Assembly (NCBI GenBank): GCA_964016885.1
Contig: CAXHJY010001122.1
Span: 1-64,000 of the forward strand
DNA from: Eledone cirrhosa
Lineage: Eukaryota
Direction of reading: 5' to 3'
Length of the DNA stretch: 64,000 bases
Below are positions 39,196 to 52,356 of this stretch, in pieces. Numbering within the stretch: the stretch's first letter is position 1; the number at the start of each line of letters is the position of its first letter. The notes under the pieces are model-generated. The model worked only from the letters and a program-made list of their open reading frames with translations. It was not told the DNA's origin and made no database searches. Both the position numbers and the translations under genes were made by a program.

Positions 39196-42100
39196 ATCTT
39201 TTCTTTATTAACCACGAGGATTGACATAAAGTATAACACTAAGGACAGCACAGGACGGTACAGGACAGTACAAATGGGCATTTCTGCGTGTAAAGAAAAA
39301 AAACAAAGGAAATGACAAAAAAGAAACAAAGGAAAATTCTCCAATGGGAGGGAGACTTCCGAGGGACACTCCTAGAGAAAACCCACAAAAAAGCCACAGT
39401 TACCCTGACCGCTAGGGAAAGCGCCCTCTTCCAGTTTTCCTCCTACGATGCTACAGACACACGCTCAAGGTAGGCCCATTCACACGGGCTATTCTTGCCT
39501 CTATACCCACCTTTAAACAAACTGGCTGGAAGTCAGCACTTCCCTCTCCACACAGATTTTCCTTTTCAGGTGAAACCTGAAAAAGTTAATGAGGGCGTCA
39601 CCGAAGAGGAAAGTACCCGTCTTCAACCTTTTCAGACGCGTCCACCATGCGATCTGTTTTACCATGGTCACTAGGCAGATAATAATTACCTGCCCTTCCC
39701 GGCTAAAGGAAGGCGGCGGGGCAACCCTCATGATGGACTCAGCTGATAGCCACATTCGTCCTACATTCGACAGCAGGTGTTCGACATAAACCCACAAGTC
39801 AGCAATGCGACACTGGACGAGTGCGTACAGGACGGGTTCGTCGCACTGCACGCATCTCGGACAGGCCCGGCTGACGGCACTTCCATGACTGTAGAGTTTA
39901 TCCCGAACTGGCAAAGCTCCTCAATAGCACTGCCAGGACAGGGATTTCTGGAAGTTGTCTATGAGCCCCGGCTCGAAAGTTTTCCCAAAGAGATTGACTA
40001 GTTGATTTTCGTCGACGCCCAGAGTCTCCCAAAGGACGTCGTCGCTCTTTCCCTCCACTAATCCTCTATAGAACGCCAAGGTGGAGTTTCCATCGATCGC
40101 ATTGCCCGACTGGTCGAGGGCTGTAAGCGGCTGAAGACATTCCAGTCTCCAAGCGCTCCCTCTCTGTATTCGCTTGATCCAGGACTGCAGCTCCGTCAAG
40201 GAGACGAGCTGGGGAAACACGTGTCTAGCAAACGGTGACCACACCTGATCACCGTCAAGGAAGAGGTGGCGATCCCGTAGATTGAGCGCATGTTTGCACA
40301 TCACAGCCACGGCAAGCCCAGCCCTCCGCGTGGCGGGTGGTGACAGTAGATGGACCGCCTGACCATCGGAGCACGTCCATTCCACAAAAAGCGAAATAGT
40401 AAACGCTCCAGCGCAGTCAGGCAAGTCTTAGGACAAGGCACGACGGTCGGGCGGTAGTAGATGACGGGCGTGATGTACGCGTTCGCCACCTCCGCTCAAC
40501 CATTTAGGGATAGTTTCCTTTCAGCCCATTTCTGGGTGAGAGAGATCAACCTGCTCGTTACCTCGTGCCAGCTTTTGTCCGTCTAGAGGTCCGGACCGAA
40601 CTAGACCCCGGGCCGTCCGTCCAGTACCCGACGATACTGTCTGACAGCATGAACCTGCCTCTCCATGTACCGAGGTGCAGGCCCACCGACTTTAACCTGG
40701 TTGATCATTGCTCCTGTCACCGCCTCGTATTCTCTTAGTGTAGTTCCGATCGCCTTGATGTGTTTGGCGTTCCTCACCACTACGGTGACGTCGTCGGCAT
40801 ATGCTGACACGGTTCTTCCGCATCCTAATTCGCGCTGGATACCATTCAACTTCTCCAGTTTGTGCAGTAATGGCTCGAGAGTCAATACGTACAACAGGGA
40901 CGAGAGGGGACATCCTTGGCGGACGAAGTGCATGATGTTGAACGATTTCGAAAGGTGACCATTCACTCTCACGTCCAGCAGCACCGACTTACCTTCTGGG
41001 TCCAGGAAGACGGCCCGTATGGCGAGATCCAAGCCTCTCCGAAAAAACACAGCAACTCCTTCTCCCGATCTCGGACGGCTGGAAGATGCGTAGCCGCCGA
41101 AGATCGGAGCGAAGGTTCCTGCTCCGGAGATTCTGGTCTCGCTGATGGCCACTACACCTATGTTTAGTGAACTGAGGTCGTTGAGCAGGTGACCCTGCTT
41201 CCAAGATGATCCCAGGCCACGTACATTTATACTGCCTATTCTAAGTACGGCCATGCTGGGTGAGGAAGTGGTAAGTGGAAAATGATCACTTACCTTGATC
41301 GTGTGGGGAAGGGGCAGTAGAACCTCCCTTCGGCTGGTTATGCATGTCTCCAAGGTAATATTTGTATAGATTCTCCTGGAGAGTGACCCTCTGAAATCCC
41401 CAACTGCGTTGGGGAATTTTTGCTTTAGCTGTTTATAATCTTCCAGTTTAATTTCAACAATTGTAATGTTTTGGGGTAATGTTCTTGGTGTCAGTGGGGT
41501 GTGGTAATTTATGTCTGTAATATCTGTGTGGTGTTTTATATGTTCCATTAATCCTTTGTGAGTGATGTTTATGGCTGTGTACTTTGTTGTGTGTGGGGGG
41601 GGGGCTGTTTTCTTGTTGTTGCTTTTGGGTGTGTGTGCTTTGTTGTGTTTGCGATGTTGGTGTTTGTGGTGATACTGGTGGTGGTGTGGTTGTTGTTGGT
41701 GGCGATGCTTGTGGTGGTGATGTTGGTGGCGTTGCTGCAAGTCGCCTGGCAGCCTTTACTCTTCTTTGTTTGCCCTCGCTTTTGGAGGGCGAAGCTAAGG
41801 GGTTCTTTCTTTTTTGTTGTTTTTTTGTGGCAGACCTTTTGTCACTTCGCCCCCGCCTCAATCTCCATGTCGAGTTCCATGGCGTCTGGGAGGGCTATGT
41901 GCTCCACGGCTGTTGGTGGCGGTTGTATAACCCTCTCCGGCGATTTTGTTGCTGGTGCAGCTACTGCAAATGTAGCTACTGGCGTTGCCGCCACTGCTGC
42001 CGTGGTTTTAGTTGTCCGTGGCCTTGGTATAGGTGCCATGGACGTTTCCCTTCTACTCACTGTGGGAGGGTCTGCTGCCTCTGTTGCCTGCCCTGTTCTT

Positions 42101-43540
42101 GGTAGCGGCGGACCAGACGTTGGAAGGAGGGGGGGGGGCCTCTTCTTGGCCGTCTTCTGCGGGCAAAAGGCCCTGACGTGACCTTTTTTCCCACAGAGAT
42201 AATACTTTGGGCGCCTTCCTTCCACGCCTATAGGGAGTTGGAGTCCTTCCTCGAGATCTATGATATCGGGGATAGCCTCGATACACTGCTGGTCAGTTTG
42301 TATTAGCATTTGCATGCCTATACCTGACCAGTTCTCTCTCCCCATTCTCTGTACTTACAGCATGGTCGTCCTGTCCTCGATTCCAGCAAGGACAGACGCC
42401 GCCAACCAAGGTATGGGCATATCAGCGGGACCTGAGTAACTTTGACCCTCACAATTTTCTGCCCGCAGTAGGAGGGAACAAGAACTATCTTCTCACTCTT
42501 TAGGGTTTCCAAAGAGTGAGATTTCGCCTCTTATGGGGTAGCGAAAAGTACGTCCACTGTGGTATACTTTCTGCCTCGGGTGATGTGGGTTTTGCGCGCC
42601 CAGACGCACCGCAAGGCCTTTTCGATTTGAGCCTCCGTGGCTCTCTCCAACCGATGTGACATTTTGCTTATAGTGCGGTAAGTCACCGTCCGTAGCTGCT
42701 GGTCCTTGAAAAAATCGGATAGAGGTTTCAGGGAGACTCAATTGTCATTTCGCATTACCATGGCCCTTGCGACTGCCATCTCCTCCTCCGTGACTAGCAC
42801 AGTTTCTATATTTCGGGCCAAACCTGCGAAAGAAGTGGCCCCTTTTTCAGCGGTACCATTATTGCTGTTGCTACTGCTGCTACTGGTCTTGTTGTTGGTG
42901 CTGGGATCGTTGTCACTGGTATGGATGTCATTGTTGTTGTTGTTGTCGTTGATATTGTTGGTGCTGCTATTGTTGTTATTGTTGCTGTTGTCGTTGTCAC
43001 TGTTGTTGATATTGTTGTCTTTGTTGTCGTTCTTTCTGTTGTTGGTGGTGTTGTCATTATTGCAGTTGTTTGTTTGCTGTCGTTGTTGCTGGTGCTGTTG
43101 TCGTTCTTGTTCACGGCTGTTTTGTTACTGTTTTTGGCAATGTCGCTGTTGCTGTTGTTGTCATTTTTGTTTATATTAGTGTTCTCACTCTTGTTGGTGC
43201 TGGTGTTGGCGATATTGCCTGATGTGTTGTTACATTTTTAAATTGTTGCGGGAGGGGCAACGTTATTAGCCTCAACGTTTGACTCGCTGTCACAAGACGG
43301 CAAGCTCGAAGCTGGGGGCCGTGGTTCCGCCATGTTTTTTTTTCGTTAAAAACTTTTTTAAACACACACAGGTTAAATATTTAGGCTAAATACCCAAATA
43401 TTATGGGGAGTCCTTTCTTGGGGGCAAAGACTAAAGTCTTATTCCCCGTTTGAAACAAAAATATTAATAACAAACGTATTTCAAACCGTAGAAAAAACAA
43501 ACTTACGATAGTACGTCCGTCCATTCGATTCAACGACCAA
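39196..43540 (-). mobile_element. Tx1/L1-clade LINE (E3), both ends present, large EN-RT deletion at about 40970
   Basis: The 5' end abuts (TTA)n. ORF1 starts at about 43333 and contains VEGRRPKYYLCGKKGHVRAFC. ORF2 has MAVLRIGSINVRGLG, RQGCPLS, YADD and CPRC..C. AATAAA lies at the 3' end. Confidence 0.88.
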
Positions 43541-43574
43541 TAACAATAATAATAATAACAATAATAATAATAAT

Positions 43575-45572
43575 GCTTTCTTTATTGGCCACAAGGGCTA
43601 ACATGAAGAAAAACATTACAGACGGCACAGAACGGTACAGGACGATACAAAGTGGGTTTGGGCCGTGTAAAAAGGGCTATAAAGATAGAAATATCAAAAA
43701 AATTAAAACAAAAAAAAATTCCCCAATAGAGGCGGAAACTTCCGAGGGTCACTCGTGACGAAAACCACACAAAAGACCACGGCCACCCTAACCACCAGGG
43801 CAAGCGCCCTCTCTCAGTTTTCCACTCCTCAGTCTACTAGAGCGGACCCGTTCACTAGGACCAGACTCGCCACTTTCACCCACCAATCAACAAACTTATT
43901 TGATGATAGCAATTGTCTCGCCACCCTGATTTTCCTCTTCAAGTGAAATTTGAAAAAGTTAATCAGGGATTCGCCGAAGAGGAAAGTGTCCGTCTTCAAT
44001 CCTTTCAACCTTGTCCACCACACAATCTCTTTCGCCATGGCCACCAGGCAAATGAAAACTGCCTGCCCTTCCTCCTCTTTAAAGGGGGATGGCGGGACTA
44101 TCTGCACAATGGACTCAGTCGATAACCGGATCAGTCCTACACGTGACAGCAAATGTTCAACATAGCTCCACAAGTCAGCAATGCTCGGACACTGAACGAG
44201 TGCGTGCACAACTGTTTCGTCGCCCTGTGCACATCTCGGACAGGTTCGGCTGACGGCACTTCCGTTCCTGTAGAGCTTATCTCGAACCGGCAACGCTCCC
44301 CGGTAGTACTGCCAGGCCAGGGATTTCTGGAAATTGTCCATAGGCCCCGAGCTGAAAGTTCTCTTGAAGAAAGCGAACAGCTGATCGTCTTCGACGCCCA
44401 GGTTCTCCCCGAAAACGTCGTCACTCTTCCCCTCCACTAGTCCTCTGTAGAACGCCGAGGTGGATGTTCCACCGATACTAGTGCCCAGCTGGTAGAAGGC
44501 TGTGAGCGCTTGGAGACATTCCAGCTTCCAAGCACTATCCCTCGGTCTTTTCCTGATCCAGGACTGCAGCTCCGTTATGAGACGAGCTGGGGAAAAATAT
44601 GTCTGGCAAACGGTGAACACACCTGTTCATCGTCATGGAAGTACCAGAGATGTCGCAGCCTCAGCGCGAGTTTGCGCATCATCAGCCACAGCATACCCAG
44701 TCCTCCACGCAACGGGTGTTGACAGCAGATGGATCGTCTGATCATGGGAGCACATCCCTTCCATAAAAAGCGGAAGAGGAGGCGCTCTATTTTTGTCAGA
44801 ACGGTTAGGCGGTAGCAGATGACGGATGCGATGAACGCATTCGCCACCTCTGCCAGACCTTTCAGGGACAGCTTTCTCTCGGCCCATTTCTGGGTGAGAG
44901 AGGCCACCCTGTTCGTCACCTCGCTCCAGTTTTTCTCCATCTGGAGGTCCGAACCGAACCAGACCCCGAGCAATTTAACCGGTCCTTCCGTCCAGCGCCC
45001 CACGACGTTGTCGGGCGGCATGGACTTGCCTCTCCAGATGACGAGCTGCAAACCCACCGACTTTTCCCGGTTTAACTTTGCTCCTGCCACCGTTTCATAT
45101 TCCTTGAGAACGGTGTCGAGCATCTGAACATGTCCAGTGTTTGACACCACCTCGGTGACGTCGTCGGCGTTAGCCGATACGGATCTCACATATCCCAGTT
45201 CACGTGGGACGTCTCTCATCGCCTCCAATTTGTGCAGTAACGGCTCTTGGGCCAATGCGTACAAGAGTGATGAGAGGGGACAACCCTGACGGACCGAGCC
45301 AATGATGCTAAACGGCTGTGACAGATGACCGTTCACCTTCACAACTGAGCAGATGTCGCTGTGCATTGCAGCAATCCAACCCCTGAAAATGGGCCCGAAA
45401 CCAGCCGCCTGAGGACCGCCGCCATGTACCGATGGTCGACTCTATCAAATACCTTAGATTGATCTAAGTTATCAGGGCCCCACCCGTGCCAAGTTCCTTA
45501 ACCACTCTCTCTATGATGTATCGCATGAGATGGAGATTGTTGTGGATGGATCTGTCTGGAATGGCACTTGTC
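43575..45572 (-). mobile_element. Tx1/L1-clade LINE (E4), 5'-truncated
   Basis: It has the RT C-terminal half and a zf-RVT-like CPRCAQGDETVVHALVQC. The 3' end GGCCAATAAAGAAAGC runs into (ATT)n. Confidence 0.9.
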
Positions 45573-45574
45573 TG

Positions 45575-48500
45575 CGAGGGCCAACAAGGAACTGATGGCC
45601 CTCGTAGCACGAAGTGAAAATATACAAAAAGAGGGGGACATTTTTAAATCAAGCACATTTGCGTGCCGGAAGATTTGGTTCTGGTGCGAATGTCGATCGA
45701 ATTATACAAAGAAACACGAGACAGCTTTCCTCGGGACTTGGGAACCCCGAATGTAAAACCAACTTCAAGATTTTTAAAGGGGTTCCCAAAAGAAACCCCA
45801 CCAACTATGGAGGTCGAACAACCCGACCTTCACAAGATCCCGGAAGGTAAGTAAACCTTTCCTCTCTCTCTTTTTAACCTGCCAACATGGCCGTATTAAG
45901 AGTAGGATGTTTAAATGTTCGAGGCCTGGGATCGTCCTGGAAGCAGGGTCACCTGCTCAATGACCTCAGGTCTCTAGAAATGGATGTAATTGCCGTCAGC
46001 GAGACCAGGATTTCCGACACGCGCGCACTAGCCCCCATTTTCGACGACTATCAGATCTTTGCATCTGTTAGCCGGCCGGGAATGGGAGGCGGGTGGCAGT
46101 GCTGTTTAGGAAAGGCCTGGATCTCGAGGTAAGGTCGATCTTCCGGGACCCGGACGGGAAGTTGGTGGTCCTGGACGTGAACAATAACGAAGGTGGTGCC
46201 TTTAGACTGGTGGCCGTTTATGCTCCTACTGGGGCAGGACGGCCGGACTTCTTTAGACGCCAGGAAGCCTTTCTAGGCATGCACGCCCTTTACTGTTAGC
46301 GGGGGACTGGAACAGCATCTTAGACGCACGCTGGGACTGTGTGGGAGTATCCGTTAGGAGCGGGGGGTGGGTGGGTGGGGGTGGGGTGCAAAAGCCTCAA
46401 GGTACCTGATCAGCCAGTTCCAACTGTCTGACAGGTACCGACTAGATTTCCCTAATGCGCCAGTGTGGACCTGGGCTAACCGCATAGGGTCATCTAGATC
46501 GTATATAGACAGGATATTCATTAGGAAAATAGACATAAATAGTGTAAGCTGTCCACGTTTTGAAACGGTCGCCTATTCAGATCACAAGTTTGTGATCTGT
46601 ATGGTCGACCTAGATAAGACGCGTAGTTTAGGATCTGGTTACTGGAAGCTAAACATGTCATTTCCGGCACGTAAGGCTTACAGGGACCAGGTCAACAATT
46701 TAGTTAAGAAAATGTTGACAGGGGGAGTCGTCCATAATAGATGGTGGGGCCTCATAAAAGAGAGATTAGAGTAATGTCGATAGAGTTTAGCAAAGAAGTA
46801 GCGTTAGAGAAAAATAGAAAGGAGGGGGAGTTGGTAGATAATTTAGACGAGGCTATTGGTAGTGACATTGCAACTGACGTGCTAGCGGCGAGAATGGCAT
46901 TAGACCATTTCTTCAATGCGAAACACGAACGTTGCATTGTCAGAGCTAAGGCGCGTGCTCTGAGAAACGAGGGAACCAAAGCTGTTCGATGGGCCCGCGT
47001 GGCAGAGGCGCAGCGTGGTAATAAAACCACGATTCGGTCTTTGACGGACCGAGACGGACACGATCTGAGCGATTCCAAGCGGATGTGTGAGGCCTTTCGC
47101 CAACATTTTGCTCGGTTGTTCGGGGGGAAGTGGCGGGTCAGAGATGGTGGCGGACTTCAGTCCCTACCTCGATGGCTTGCCGCAACTCTCGACGGCTGAC
47201 GCTGGGCGCTGCGAAAGGCCAATTACTTCAGCCGAGATTCAGGATGCCCTTGTCGGCTGCATGAGGCGCAAGTCACCCGGTTTGGATGGTCTGCCCTACG
47301 AGCTTTACGTAAATATGCCAGACTTGTTCTCCAATCTCCTCGAAGCCCTCTACTGCAACTGGCAGCAAAACGGGAGTATTCCCAGTTCTGTGTGCCGGGG
47401 CGTAGTGATGCTGATAAGGAAAGACGAGAACAAGAGGGACATATTAGACAATTTCAGGCCCATAACTCTGCTCAACACTGAGTTTAAGATTTTGGCCAGG
47501 GTGTTAGCGAAGAGGTTGGCGCTTGTCGTCGGGGATTTGGTTGGGGAGGCGCAAACTTGCGCAATCCCAACCAGGTCCATACACGACAACCTCCACCTAA
47601 TGCGATATATCATAGAGAGAGTAGGGTGTAAACCTGGCTTCGGTGGGGCTCTGATCAATTTAGATCAATCGAAAGTATTCGATAGGGTCAACCATCGGTA
47701 CCTGGAGGCTGTCCTCAAGGCGGCTGGCTTCGGCCCCGTCTTCAGAAGCTGGATCAGTGGCATCAGCTCGATGGTCAAAATTAATGGCCACCTCTCGGAA
47801 CCGTTTCAGGTAACCCGATCATTCCGTCATGAGTGCCCTCTCTCCTCCCTTCTGTACGTATTGACTCTCGAGCCTTTACTGCGGAAGCTGGAGCCGTTGC
47901 AGGGCATCCCGCTCGAACCGGGACGCGGAAAGGCTGTGTCGGCTTATGTGGACGACATCACCGTGATGGTGTCGGACACCTCAGTAATCGAGGTGGTCGG
48001 CAACTTATTGGAGGAATATGAAAGGTTGACGGGAGCAACACTTAACCCGAAAAAGTCGGTGGGCTTGCAACTCGGCACCTGGAGAGGCAAGTCCATGCCG
48101 TCCAACAGCGTCGTTAGGCGCTGGACGGACGGACCGGTAAAGTTGCTAGGGGTTTAGTTCGGGCCAGACCTCCAGGTGGACAAGAATTGGGACGAGGTGA
48201 CGGGCAGGGTAGCCAGTCTCACCCAGAAACGGGCTGGGATGAAGCTATCATTGAAAGGTCGGGCGGAGGTGGCGAACGCGTACATCGCGTCCGTAATCTA
48301 CTACCGTCTGACCGTTCGCGCCTTGCCATCTTGGAGCGGGTCCTCTTCAAATTCTTGTGGAGGGGTCAGGTTCCGCTGGTGAGGCGGCCCATCTGCTGCC
48401 AGCACCCTCTACGTGGAGGGCTGGGCATGCCGTGGCTAATGATGCGCAGGCATGCGCTGAGGTTGCGGAATCTCCAGATATTCTGCCTAAACGGTGAACA

Positions 48501-49572
48501 GGTGTGGTCGCTGTTTGTCAGACGGGCCTTTCCGCAACTCGTTTCTTTGACTGAGCTGCAGTCGTGGGTCAAGAAGAGACCGAGACTGGGTGACTGGCAT
48601 CTGGAATGTTGCCAGGCACTCACTGACCTCTACCAGGCGGGCAATGCGGTCAGTGGAACTTCCACTCTCGAGTTCTATAGAGGATTAGTGGTGGGCAAGT
48701 GCGACGACGCACTCGGAGAGGCTCTGGGAGTCAACGAAGTCGAACTAACCAGTCTGTACCGGAGGACCTTCGAGCCGGGGACGATGGATAATTTCCAAAA
48801 ATCCCTCGCTTGGCAGTGCTACCGGGGACACTTCCGGTTCGGGATAAACTCTACAGGCACGGAAGTGCTGTCAGACGGACCTGCCCGAGATGCGCGCAGA
48901 GCGACGAAACCGTTCTGCACGCATTCGTCCAGTGTCCGTGCATTACTGACTTGTGGAGTTATGTTGAACAGCTGTTCTCGCGTGTAGAACGGATCCGGCT
49001 ATCGGCCGAGTCCATAGTGAAGATCGACCCGCCGCCTTCTTTTGGCCAGGAAGGGCAGGCAATTTTCCTCTGTCTGGTGGCAGTAGTGAAAGAGGTTGTA
49101 TGGTGGACGAGGTTGAAAGGACTGAAGACAGACACTTTTCTCTTCGGCCAATCTCTCATCAACTTTTTCAAGTTTCACTTGGGAAAGGAAGGTGAGGATG
49201 GAGAGAGAAGTGCTGCCCCCCCCCCCCCAGTACATTTGCTGAAAGGTGGGTGAATGTGAGTGGGAATACTCTGGCCATACGGCTGTAGCTAGGTACATTT
49301 GAGTAGGAGAGGGGGTGCCCTTCCAGGGTGCTCTCGAAGCGTCGGGTCGTTCAGGATTGGTGGGGTTCCTGAGCCAACCCTGGGTGGTCATCCCCCCTAT
49401 TGGGGAATCTTTTTGTTGTAATTTTATTGTTACTTTAATGTTACTTTGTTATTGTTACTTTGTTATTGTTATTCATATTGTTTACTCGATTTTTCTGTAA
49501 AACCCCACTGTCCCAGTCTTTTGTATTGCCCCCTGTATGTCGGCCCTTTTAGCCAATAAATGAAATCATTAT
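45575..49572 (+). mobile_element. Tx1/L1-clade LINE (E5): ORF1 C-terminus, frameshifted ORF2 (45887-49286) and 3' UTR
   Basis: APE, RT and cysteine-rich motifs occur in order. The 3' end is GCCAATAAATGAAATCATTATT. Confidence 0.92.
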
Positions 49573-49573
49573 T

Positions 49574-49677
49574 AGGTTGACTTTGCCTTTCACCCTTACG
49601 GGGTCGATAAAATAAAGTACCAGTAATGCACTGGTTAATTGCTGGCCTTGTGCCTAACGTAGAAACAATTATTATTG
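49574..49677 (+). mobile_element. SINE 3' half
   Basis: The core and tail are present, between (ATT) tracts. Confidence 0.85.
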
Positions 49678-50232
49678 AAGGTGAAGCCACGCTTCTTATC
49701 GGCTCCGGTTTTTTTCAACAGTTTACTTCGTTTTCAACCGTTCTGAACCTTTTATTCAAGTATTAAACTTGATAAAAGTTTAGAAGAAGTGACCAACCTA
49801 ATACAGGGGTTCACTCGTAAATAATACGGCACCCCTTTACGGGGTGACGTATTATGTAAAAAAAATATTATTTGAAAAAAAAAATTTCTTTCAACATGGA
49901 TAACACAAGAAAAAGAGAGAGTGCTGTCAGACAACACACAGAGAGAGGGAGAATTTGTCAACATATCAACAAGACAGCGTTCTAGCGAAGGTAAATATAA
50001 AAGAAAATATTACGAAGGAAAAGAGGAACAATATCATTTTTAATGATATTGTTACAGATTTAAAATTACCAAATATTTCTAACACAAACAACACCAACAA
50101 TAACACCAACAACAACACCATCAATAACAACAGCAACAACAAAAATAACAGCGATAAGGTCGAGAACAACAATAACAATGACAATAACAACAGCCACAAC
50201 AACGATAATAGTAGGAACAGTATCAACTCTGA
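49678..50232 (+). mobile_element. Tx1-like LINE 5' UTR and Asn-rich ORF1 start (E6), truncated
   Basis: It begins at a SINE (ATT)n tail. It has a CACCCC/GGGGTG hairpin like the other 5' UTRs, an ATG at 49896 and a poly-Asn tract. Confidence 0.55.
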
Positions 50233-52149
50233 CGAGCATGAAGTTTTGTATGTTTTGTTGGTGTGATTTTATTTGCTTGCGTGGCTGTGGTGGTGATGGT
50301 TTTGGTGGTGTTGTTTCGGTTGTGTCTGTTATTGCGGTGAGTGCGGTGTCTGTGGTTTCAGATGTTTGTGTGTATATTTGTTCTTGCGTCTGTTTAGGTT
50401 GTTTACGTTCGGGAGATTCTGGTGATGGTGATGGTGGTGTTGATGTTGGTGTTATTGGAGAGATGTTTGCGTGGGTGATGTCTGCGGGTTTTTTTTTTGG
50501 GGGGGGGGGGGTGATTTTGTGCTTTGTTGAGTTTTTGTTTTCTTTTTGTGTTTCCTTTTCTATTTTGGGGAATTTTGGTTTTCCCTCATCTTCACTACTG
50601 GTAGATGAGGGGTCTGTGTCTGTAAGTGTGTCTGTATGTATGTTTATGGTTTTATTGGTGTGTGTATTTTGGGGGAAGGGGGAATTTGACAACTTTCCTC
50701 GTTTCCCCCCTGGGTGGTCAATGTTGGTGGTGGTCTTTCTATTGGTGTTGTTGTTGGTGGTTTTGCCGGTGCTGGTGTTGTTGTGGTCCTCGCCCCGGCG
50801 TCGGCAGCAGTGGAGCCTTTCGAACTCTTGCCTCTTTCAGAAGTTGAGGGCAGAAGGCTCGCAAATGGGTTTTTTCCCCACAAACAAAACAATGCGGCCG
50901 ATTGCCTTCGGTCATAATGTGAATGACCGTCCCATTCTGAAGGCGGATGTGGTCTGGGATTGTCTTCACATTCTCGGGCCTGATCTGGAGAAGGATCTCC
51001 AGGTCAACCCCGGACCAGTCCTCTCTGGCCGTTCTGGTCACTTCTATAGGGACGGTATCCGTCCCCTCCACAATCACACATCCCAGAAGCCACCACATGT
51101 CAAGTCCTGGTGGGATTCTGGGAATGCGGAGACAGGCCGTTCTTTTTCCCCATGTCGGAGGGGTACATTATGACCTTGCTGGTTTTGTAAGGAGTCATAG
51201 CGTGTTTCATAGCGAGGGCTTCTGACTTGAACAACACCGAAATGGTGCCGTACTGTCTGCCCCTCTCTATGTATTCGGTGTCTTCTCTGATGCACCTCAG
51301 CGCGACTTCGACATCTTGTGGGATTAAAGCTGCCCTTTTGGTTTGTGCTGAGATGCATCTATAATGCACCGTTCTTCGCTCCACTGCCTCAATAGCTTCT
51401 ACCGGGACAGTTAAGTTGGCCCAGGTTTGCTCTTGCTTGATGAGCTTCCATGCCTGGGCCAACTTTTCATCTTTGTTTGAGAGGTCCATGTTGAAGCATG
51501 GCCTCTTTTTTGCTACTGCAGCAGCGAAAGTGTTCTTCTGGTTTTCGTTGGGGGTGTTGTTGTCGTTGCCGTTGTTCTTGTTGGTGTTGGTGTTATCACT
51601 GTCGCTGTTATCATTGTTGTCTTTGTTGCCACCGTTGTTCTCGGTGCAGTTGGTATTGTTGCTGTTGGTGTTGTCGCTATTTGTTTTCATGTTAGTGGTG
51701 TTGATATTGTTGTTGTATTTGTTATTTTTTTTTTTGTTATCTGTATTTTCATTGTCGCTGTTACTGTCATTTTTTTCAAAATTAGAGTTCTCATTGGTAT
51801 CATTGGTGTCTTTGTTTACATTGTTTGTGGTGGTGTTTGTGTTATAAATTTGTGTTAATTTCGCTGTAGCGCTCCTCTCAACTTCTACGTCGTTGTCGCA
51901 CGACAGCCGACATATCGCTGGGGGGCGTGGCTCAGCCATGTTTTTTTTTTCTCCGTAAATTTTTTAACATGTAAAAAAAAGTTCAAATATTTGGGCCAAA
52001 AGGCCCAAATATTATACTTTCCCCTTCACAGGGCAAAGTCTAAGGGCTTATATCCCTTACACAACAAGAAATATTTAACAACAAATAATTTTAACAGGCA
52101 AATAAAGCGACTTACTGGGAGCGAGCCAAAAAGACGTCCGAACAGACCA
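50233..52149 (-). mobile_element. Tx1/L1-clade LINE (E7): 5' UTR and most of ORF1
   Basis: ORF1 runs MAEPRPP.., is Asn-rich, and contains IERGRQYGTISV and CFVCGEKTHLRAFC. The 5' end is at (TTA)n. Confidence 0.85.
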
Positions 52150-52352
52150 ATAATAATAATAATAATAATTGTTTCTACTTTTTGGCACAAGACCAGCAAT
52201 TACCCTGTGCATTACTGGTACTTTATTTTATCGACCCCGTAAGGATGAAAGGCAAAGTTAACCTCGGCGGGATTTGAACACAGAATGGCAAGGGCCGTAA
52301 CTCTATGCTAGAAAGCATGGCGTCCGACCTTCTACCGACACTGCCAACCCAC
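52150..52352 (-). mobile_element. tRNA-derived SINE, full length
   Basis: It is the reverse complement of the SINE, with an extended (ATT)n tail. Confidence 0.9.
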
Positions 52353-52356
52353 ATAG

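Noticed and set aside
40960-40995. Internal LINE deletions (here, about 62950 and about 63960) as retrotransposed splice products
   Set aside because: The junctions look like microhomology joins rather than GT-AG boundaries, so they do not support the splicing model.
40601-41740. Apparent natural ORF1-ORF2 fusion ORF in E3
   Set aside because: This copy is decayed and has a large deletion. The other copies have a stop at the ORF1 end, so the readthrough may come from an indel.
52110-52150. LINE leaders as spliced-leader RNA genes
   Set aside because: The leader sequences differ between copies, whereas SL exons are near-invariant, and no consistent Sm site was seen.
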